A stretch of DNA of 64,000 nt. Origin: Candidatus Latescibacterota bacterium (lineage in GTDB: Bacteria; Latescibacterota; UBA2968; UBA8231). The DNA lies in the NCBI GenBank assembly GCA_965217585.1, contig OZ244561.1, forward strand, positions 5,568,001 to 5,632,000, written 5' to 3'. Each line of letters opens with the position of its first letter. Positions within the stretch are counted from its first letter, which is position 1. The notes beneath the pieces are model-generated. The model was not told the origin of the DNA. It did no database searches and saw only the letters and a list, made by a program, of their open reading frames with translations. The position numbers and the translations under genes were made by a program. This document shows, one piece after another, positions 58,529 to 64,000 of the stretch.

Positions 58529-59374
58529 ATGGATGTTTTGAGCCGGGAAGAACTTGATTTCTTTGCCGAACAAGGGTACGTCGTCGCTCGTCAGGTAATC
58601 GACCGCGACCAAGCCGAGCGCACCGGGCGGGCGGTGTGGGCGTTTACCGGCATGGACCCGGACGATCCCGGGACTTGGTATCCAGAGGATCGGCGCGGCA
58701 TCATGGTCGAGATTTACCACCACCAGGCCATGTGGGACAACCGCACAGCCCCCCGGGTCCACCGGGCCTTCAGCCAGATTTGGGGCACGGAAAAGCTGTG
58801 GGTCAGCCACGACCGAGCCAGCATCAGTCCGCCGGTCTTAGACCAAGATGCGCCCGAGCATAACCCGCATTGGGACGCGAAAGATGCGCCCGAGCACAAT
58901 TTGCACTGGGACGCGTCCTTGGATAAGCGTCCGTTGCCTTTTGGGGTACAGGGCGTGCTCTATCTGAACGACACGCCGGCTGAGCAGGGGGCCTTTATCT
59001 GCGTGCCGATGTTCCACCAGCGCCTAGAGGCGTGGCTCGACGAGCTGCCAGAAGGGGCCAACCCCCGCGAGCAAGACCTGCTGGCCTTGGGCTCGCGACG
59101 CATTGGTGCCGAAGCGGGCGACCTGGTTATCTGGCGCACGGCCCTGCCGCACACGGCGAGCGTCAATCGCGGCAGCACGCCTCGCGTGGCTCAGTACATC
59201 ACCATGAATCCAGCCGGCGAAGGCGAAGAGGCGCGGCGGTTGCGCACGGACTTTTGGCAGCGGCGACTGTCCGGGCTGGGGCGCTACGCCGAGGAACGCG
59301 AGCACCGCGAAGAGAAGACGGCTGAGTTGACGAGTGTGGGGCGGAAGCTGGCTGGGGTGGATCCTTGGGATTGA
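58529..59374 (+). CDS. PhyH-family Fe(II)/2OG dioxygenase
   Basis: FFAEQGYVV, LHWD, VQGVLYL, GDLVIW..ALPH. Confidence 0.87.
   Translation: MDVLSREELDFFAEQGYVVARQVIDRDQAERTGRAVWAFTGMDPDDPGTWYPEDRRGIMVEIYHHQAMWDNRTAPRVHRAFSQIWGTEKLWVSHDRASISPPVLDQDAPEHNPHWDAKDAPEHNLHWDASLDKRPLPFGVQGVLYLNDTPAEQGAFICVPMFHQRLEAWLDELPEGANPREQDLLALGSRRIGAEAGDLVIWRTALPHTASVNRGSTPRVAQYITMNPAGEGEEARRLRTDFWQRRLSGLGRYAEEREHREEKTAELTSVGRKLAGVDPWD
58845..58915 (+). repeat. 36-bp in-frame tandem duplication
   Basis: DAPEHNPHWDAK / DAPEHNLHWDAS, 30/35 nt identical. Confidence 0.9.
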
Positions 59375-59495
59375 GGGAGAAGCGAAAAAAGACTGAGAAT
59401 GTCTTGGGGCGTGCGGGCGTGGCGAATCCCGTTCCGGCAATGGGCAGATACCATTCCTACCTCTAAAATCGGATTTTAAGACGACGGCACAGCAG

Positions 59496-59657
59496 TCAAC
59501 TGTAGCACTGTACTTTGTGCCCAAGCTGTCGACACCAGACCGCTATCACTTGAGGCATGATACTCATGAACTGCTTTTGAAAAGAGAAGCGATAGAACCT
59601 AGATGTCCAATTGCTTGGAATCTCATCGGATAGAATATCAATAATGCCGATTCTCAT
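59496..59657 (-). pseudogene. truncated N-terminus of a probable B12-binding radical SAM protein
   Basis: GGAG RBS, then MRIGIIDIL...KQFMSIMPQVIAVWCRQLGHKV and an early stop. AT-rich. Confidence 0.5.
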
Positions 59658-59687
59658 AATATCTCCTTGTGGACGCCCTGTTGGCCC

Positions 59688-61640
59688 TCAGCGCACCAAC
59701 GTCATCTTCCCGGTCCGCACCCCGCCCGCAGCGGCCAAGCGATACAGGTACACGCCGCTGGCCACCGCCCGCCCCGCGTCGTCGCGCCCATCCCATCGCG
59801 CCAGATGCCACCCTGGAGCTGCCACACCCTGCACGAGGGTCCGCACCTGCTGGCCGTTCAACGCATAGATCGCTATGTGCACCGGCCCGGCGGCCGGCAA
59901 CGCGTAGCGGATCGCGGTCGTTGCGTTGAATGGGTTGGGATAATTCGCGGCCAACGCCAGTGCGGCAGGCTGCGACGCGGCCTCGTGGAGCACGGCCGTC
60001 AGCGCCGGTCCCACAATCCGCAGCTCGTCGAACCAGAACTGGATCCCGTCTAAGGGGTGGTGCTCGGCCACGATGTCGAAGCGATCAACCGCCTGCCAGT
60101 CGAACGCGCCGATCGGATTGAACCACTCATTCTCCCAAGCCCCGTGCTCGGCGAAGTCGCCAAGCGGCACCCGCACCTTATGCCACGCGCCGTCCCAAGC
60201 GGCCACCTGCTCATCTATCGTATAGCGCACGCGCCAAGGGTGATCGTCCGGATCTTCCGTATCCGTATCGACCAAGCGAATGTCAAACGACGACCCCGGG
60301 GTATCCCCCCGCACCCAGAGTTCGACCGCATAGCCAGTCGCGGCCAACGCGGACAGATCCTTAAAGGGCTTGAAGTCGAAGCCAATGAACCCGTAGAGCG
60401 GCACCCCAGTCCAGCGCATGCAGTAGCGGTCCACCGCTGGATCCGCTTCGTCATAGTAATCGACCACGCCTTCACTGAGGTGGTTGGACTCGACCATGTC
60501 CGGGCCGAGGAAGTCTTCGTAGAGCACAAAATCCTGCTGGTCTGGCTCGGCCACAAAATCCCGTTGCGGCGGCACGTTCAGCCCCAACGCCTCCAACAGC
60601 GGCACGTTCAGGTCAAACTCGAACAACTCGCTCGATCCGCGCTCAAACAGCCCAAAACCGCCTCGGTAGTCCCAAATCGTCCACGCAATACCCCGGTCTT
60701 CCAAGTGCTGCCGCACCACCTCGTACCACAAGACGCGGTCGCTGTTGTCGCTGTTGGGGCTGTACACCCCAAACTCCCCGCAAAACAGCGGCACCCCGCG
60801 GTCCTTCCGAAAGGCCGCGGCCTCGTCGATCAGTATGCGCACCTGCGCGATGGTGCCCTCTTGGCTGTAATTGCCCAGCGCAGTGCCGACCCACGTGCCC
60901 TGCAAGGACGAGGGCAACGCCGGCATGCGCGCCCGCTCGTAGGGAAAGGGCACGCCGCGCAGCGGCACCAGGGAGGGATTGGCCCAGCTAGCGCCTTGGT
61001 GGGTAAAGACGAAAGGCTCGTAGAAGTGAAACGTGTACACGAGGTTGTCATCGGCAAAGACCGGCATCCGCTGCAGGTTGCGGAAGCTGTTCCAGTTGGC
61101 CGGGCCAACCACGATTGCGTGCTGTTGATCGACCAGCCGAATCGCGTCGATCACCTGCTGCTGAATCGCGTTCCAAGCCGCGTCGCTAATGCCGTGCGGC
61201 TCGTTGAGGATCTCGTAGTAGAGCTGGGCCGGATGCGTGGCAAAGTGCGCGGCAAGCTGGGTCCACACCGGCACCAGCACGTCGCCGATATCCGGTGAGG
61301 TACTCACCGCCGGATCGAACGTGTGGTTGTCCAAAATCAGATGCAGCCCCAACTCGTCGGCCCAATCTGCGATTTGATCGAGAAAGGAGTAGAGCAAGGG
61401 ATCGATGCGATAGTCCGGCGGCCCGCTGGTCATGGCGTGCAGGTTAATCGGCAGGCGCACCACGTCGCAGCCGAGCTGCTGGATCTGCGCGAAGTCGGCC
61501 CGGCCAAATTTGGCAAAGTGCACGTTCTGCGCACTGGACGCTTGCAGCCAATTGGTCAGGTTGACGCCCCGTCGGAACGGGATTTCGGCGCTCCACGTAG
61601 CGGTGGTCCAACACAAAAGCATGAGACAAACTTTTCGCAC
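59688..61640 (-). CDS. secreted GH5 glycoside hydrolase + carbohydrate-binding-like domain + FlgD-Ig/T9SS-like C-terminal domain
   Basis: Signal peptide, VRLP, ILDNH, EILNEP, HFYEP, GEFG; NYPNPFN...WDGRDDAG..VASGVYLYRL. Confidence 0.9.
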   Translation of the reverse strand: MRKVCLMLLCWTTATWSAEIPFRRGVNLTNWLQASSAQNVHFAKFGRADFAQIQQLGCDVVRLPINLHAMTSGPPDYRIDPLLYSFLDQIADWADELGLHLILDNHTFDPAVSTSPDIGDVLVPVWTQLAAHFATHPAQLYYEILNEPHGISDAAWNAIQQQVIDAIRLVDQQHAIVVGPANWNSFRNLQRMPVFADDNLVYTFHFYEPFVFTHQGASWANPSLVPLRGVPFPYERARMPALPSSLQGTWVGTALGNYSQEGTIAQVRILIDEAAAFRKDRGVPLFCGEFGVYSPNSDNSDRVLWYEVVRQHLEDRGIAWTIWDYRGGFGLFERGSSELFEFDLNVPLLEALGLNVPPQRDFVAEPDQQDFVLYEDFLGPDMVESNHLSEGVVDYYDEADPAVDRYCMRWTGVPLYGFIGFDFKPFKDLSALAATGYAVELWVRGDTPGSSFDIRLVDTDTEDPDDHPWRVRYTIDEQVAAWDGAWHKVRVPLGDFAEHGAWENEWFNPIGAFDWQAVDRFDIVAEHHPLDGIQFWFDELRIVGPALTAVLHEAASQPAALALAANYPNPFNATTAIRYALPAAGPVHIAIYALNGQQVRTLVQGVAAPGWHLARWDGRDDAGRAVASGVYLYRLAAAGGVRTGKMTLVR

Positions 61641-62014
61641 TACCTAATCCTCAGTCCCGCCAACAGCATCGGCAACGCTCGCAGTTCTCGTTTTAGGGGA
61701 TCCAGCACATACCCCAAGGCTTCGAGGGTGACTATACCGAGCAGATTGCTGTCGCCGGGTTCGCCAAAGATAACCGGCGCGGCTCCCCGGTGTTCCTTGT
61801 AGCGAAACAGCGCATCGCCCAAATGGCGTTCGATCTGGTCGCCATTGGCCAAGGTAAAGGTCCGACGAGAGTGCGGCCGAATGCCCAAAGCATCTAGGAC
61901 AGGACGTTGGACGACCGAATAGACGGCACCTGAGTCCACTAAAAAACGTTCGGTGTGAAACTCCTCAGAGCGAGCGGGGTTGGCGATGTCGATGGCGAGA
62001 AAGGTAAGTCCCAT
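61640..62014 (-). CDS. clan AA (retropepsin-like) aspartic protease
   Basis: FLVDSGA, LANG, LLGIVTLEALG..LDP. Confidence 0.85.
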   Translation of the reverse strand: MGLTFLAIDIANPARSEEFHTERFLVDSGAVYSVVQRPVLDALGIRPHSRRTFTLANGDQIERHLGDALFRYKEHRGAAPVIFGEPGDSNLLGIVTLEALGYVLDPLKRELRALPMLLAGLRIR

Positions 62015-62181
62015 AAAATTCTCCGTTCTTGCTATTGCGGCTAGGCCGCTTTCAATTCCTCCGCTCTATCATCGCTTTTTTGCCTGCGAAGTCAAGTAAC
62101 CGTACCTTCCCCCGAGTTTCCCACCTAGTTTGAGACCATTAGGACAAGACCTAGCCCATCCGGGCCTAAAGGAGCCACGCC

Positions 62182-63438
62182 ATGAAAATCACCGCCATCG
62201 AAGTCATTCCCCTGCGCCTTCCCTATGAAGATCGCATCCGCAAGGCGTTCTACCACTTCGGCATGAACGAAGAGGTGACCGTGTACAAGTTCCACACCGA
62301 TACCGGCTTGATAGGCTTGGGTGAAAACCCCGGCCCGCCCTTTGCGCAGAGCTTGCTCGACGCCTACCTCGGCACCAACCCTTTCGATCACGTCATGGGC
62401 ACCGGGAGCTTCAACCTCGACATGGCCTGTTACGATCTGATGGGCAAACACCTCGGGCTGCCGGCCTGGAAGCTGATGGGCCAACAGGTGCGGGAGTGGG
62501 TAAGCATGGGGTGGTGGATGCCCTGCATGTCGCCCGAGGACTCGGCCGCCGAGGTGCAAGAAGCCGCCGCCCGCGGCTATCGCGGGCTGAAATGCAAGGC
62601 CCGCGCCTTCTATGATATAGTCGAGCAAGCCCAAGCCATGCAGGACGCGGCCCCGCCCGACTTCCGCATTGAATTCGACTTCAACGGCGCGCTCGTCAAC
62701 GTCGAAAGAGCTTTGCCCATCCTGCGCCGGCTGGAGCAGATTCCGGTGGTCAAAGGGGTCGAGGAGCCGATCTTCGCCTATGACATCGAGGGCTGGCGAC
62801 GCCTGCACCAAGAAATCCGCATTCCCTTCTACCTCCACGGCGTCAGCACGATCTTCGACGGTCCCTCGCGCCAGCCTTCCGGCCCCTGGCTTGGGCTGCG
62901 CGCTGGCGATTTCGACGGCGCACTCTGTAGCCACGAGACCATCCGCAACGCGCTGGCCGCTTCTTGGGCCTTCGCCGCGGCCAATACCCCGATCCTCTTG
63001 CAGTACGTCGGCACGGGCATCACCGCGGCCTTCGCCTGCCACCTCGGCGCGGTCATGCACACGGCCACCCTACCGGGCGTAACCGCCCATCACATGTACG
63101 CAGACGACCTGATCGCCGAGCCGCACCTAGTCCAGCGCGGCTTTATGCAGGTGCCCACAGGCCCGGGCTTAGGTGTAGAGCTGGACGAGGACGCAATCGA
63201 GCGCTACCGCGACGTACCCGCGCCGCAATGGCCGCGCCACTTCTCAGTCGTAACCCTACCCGGCGGCCTCGAACACTACTACCGCGACTTGCGCCAGGCC
63301 GAACGCCTCATGAAACAAGGCGTTGATGAAGCCTTCGCCCCCGGCGTCCGCCTCACCGAGCGCGAAGACGACGGCAGCGCGGACTTCGATAGGCTCTGGC
63401 GCACACTCCAAGAACGTGACTGGCCCGTCTGGGTCTAG
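62182..63438 (+). CDS. mandelate racemase/muconate lactonizing enzyme family
   Basis: DMACYDLMGK, KCK, DFN, EEP, PTGPGLGVELD. Confidence 0.88.
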   Translation: MKITAIEVIPLRLPYEDRIRKAFYHFGMNEEVTVYKFHTDTGLIGLGENPGPPFAQSLLDAYLGTNPFDHVMGTGSFNLDMACYDLMGKHLGLPAWKLMGQQVREWVSMGWWMPCMSPEDSAAEVQEAAARGYRGLKCKARAFYDIVEQAQAMQDAAPPDFRIEFDFNGALVNVERALPILRRLEQIPVVKGVEEPIFAYDIEGWRRLHQEIRIPFYLHGVSTIFDGPSRQPSGPWLGLRAGDFDGALCSHETIRNALAASWAFAAANTPILLQYVGTGITAAFACHLGAVMHTATLPGVTAHHMYADDLIAEPHLVQRGFMQVPTGPGLGVELDEDAIERYRDVPAPQWPRHFSVVTLPGGLEHYYRDLRQAERLMKQGVDEAFAPGVRLTEREDDGSADFDRLWRTLQERDWPVWV

Positions 63439-63449
63439 AGGAGGCTCCC

Positions 63450-64000
63450 GTGAAAATCACCCGCATCACCCTCCACATCGTCAACGTGCCCGAGCACCGC
63501 TGGTGGTGGTCGGACGACGTGTACGGCCAGCCCCTGCACCAGCGGACCGAGCACGGCGTCGCCGAAGTCGAGACCGATCAGGGCTTGACCGGCCTGACGC
63601 TGATCGGGCGTTTTACCGCCTTGGACACCATGCGCCAGCAGTTTGCGACTTGGCTGGGGCAGGACGTCCTCCAGGTCAACTTGGCCCAAGGCAATGACCC
63701 CTTGCAGGGCGCTTTTGAACAGGCCGTGCTCGACTTGCGCGGCCAAGCACTGGGCGTGCCTATCTGGCAATTACTGGGTGGGCGGTTGCGCGACCGCGTT
63801 CCGGTCACCCAATGCACGGGGTACAAAACGCCCGCACACACCGCGGAGGACGCCCAATGGGGATGGGAGCAGGGCTTCCGCGCTTATAAGATGAAGTGCA
63901 TAACCAGCAGAGAGAAAACCCCCGAGGAGCGCATCCGCTACATCACCGACCGGATAGAAGCCATTCACCGCGTGGTCCCCGACATGGTGGTGCGCCCGGA
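63450..64000 (+). CDS. second mandelate racemase family enzyme, 3' partial
   Basis: GTG 63450 with GAGGAGG RBS. MKITRI, ETDQGLTG, EQAVLDLRGQALGVPIWQLLGG, YKMK. Confidence 0.8.
   Translation, partial: MKITRITLHIVNVPEHRWWWSDDVYGQPLHQRTEHGVAEVETDQGLTGLTLIGRFTALDTMRQQFATWLGQDVLQVNLAQGNDPLQGAFEQAVLDLRGQALGVPIWQLLGGRLRDRVPVTQCTGYKTPAHTAEDAQWGWEQGFRAYKMKCITSREKTPEERIRYITDRIEAIHRVVPDMVVRP

Overview
High-GC bacterial chromosomal window with no rRNA, tRNA or CRISPR array detected. The gene repertoire (BamA-TolB-peptidase fusion, PhyH dioxygenases, enolase-superfamily dehydratases, DUF3604, FlgD-Ig-tailed GH5, ECF with long extension) suggests a Latescibacterota/Gemmatimonadota/FCB-type organism; this is inference only. 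Core blocks: a long minus-strand cluster dapF-bamA-like-bamB-like-...-yicC-cmk(archaeal type)-coaBC-udg-dnaB-obgE, thrB, class I fumarase, sugar-acid catabolism genes, an NAD-linked formate dehydrogenase whose alpha subunit reads through an in-frame UGA (selenocysteine, with bSECIS), and hom-apgM-asd. Four accessory or decaying patches interrupt these. (i) 19.3-22.8 kb: an ATPase hit by IS630 and IS701, an AT-rich hairpin-rich spacer and orphan antitoxins. (ii) 31.1-33.6 kb: fused gene relics. (iii) 36.2-40.5 kb: a low-GC defence-like island with TA genes, an IrrE/ImmA peptidase + XRE repressor pair divergent from a yjzC-like gene and an 86-aa gene (duplicated operator/promoter unit), and a collapsed type I R-M operon. 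(iv) 45-51.3 kb: a 1723-aa exonuclease-RecQ-UvrD fusion. Best candidates for undescribed biology: the peptidase/XRE-controlled two-small-protein module, the double-helicase fusion, a Tpt1/ART-like-HEAT fusion and a DapF with both catalytic Cys replaced by Ser. All product calls come from reading motifs by eye; no database search was run.
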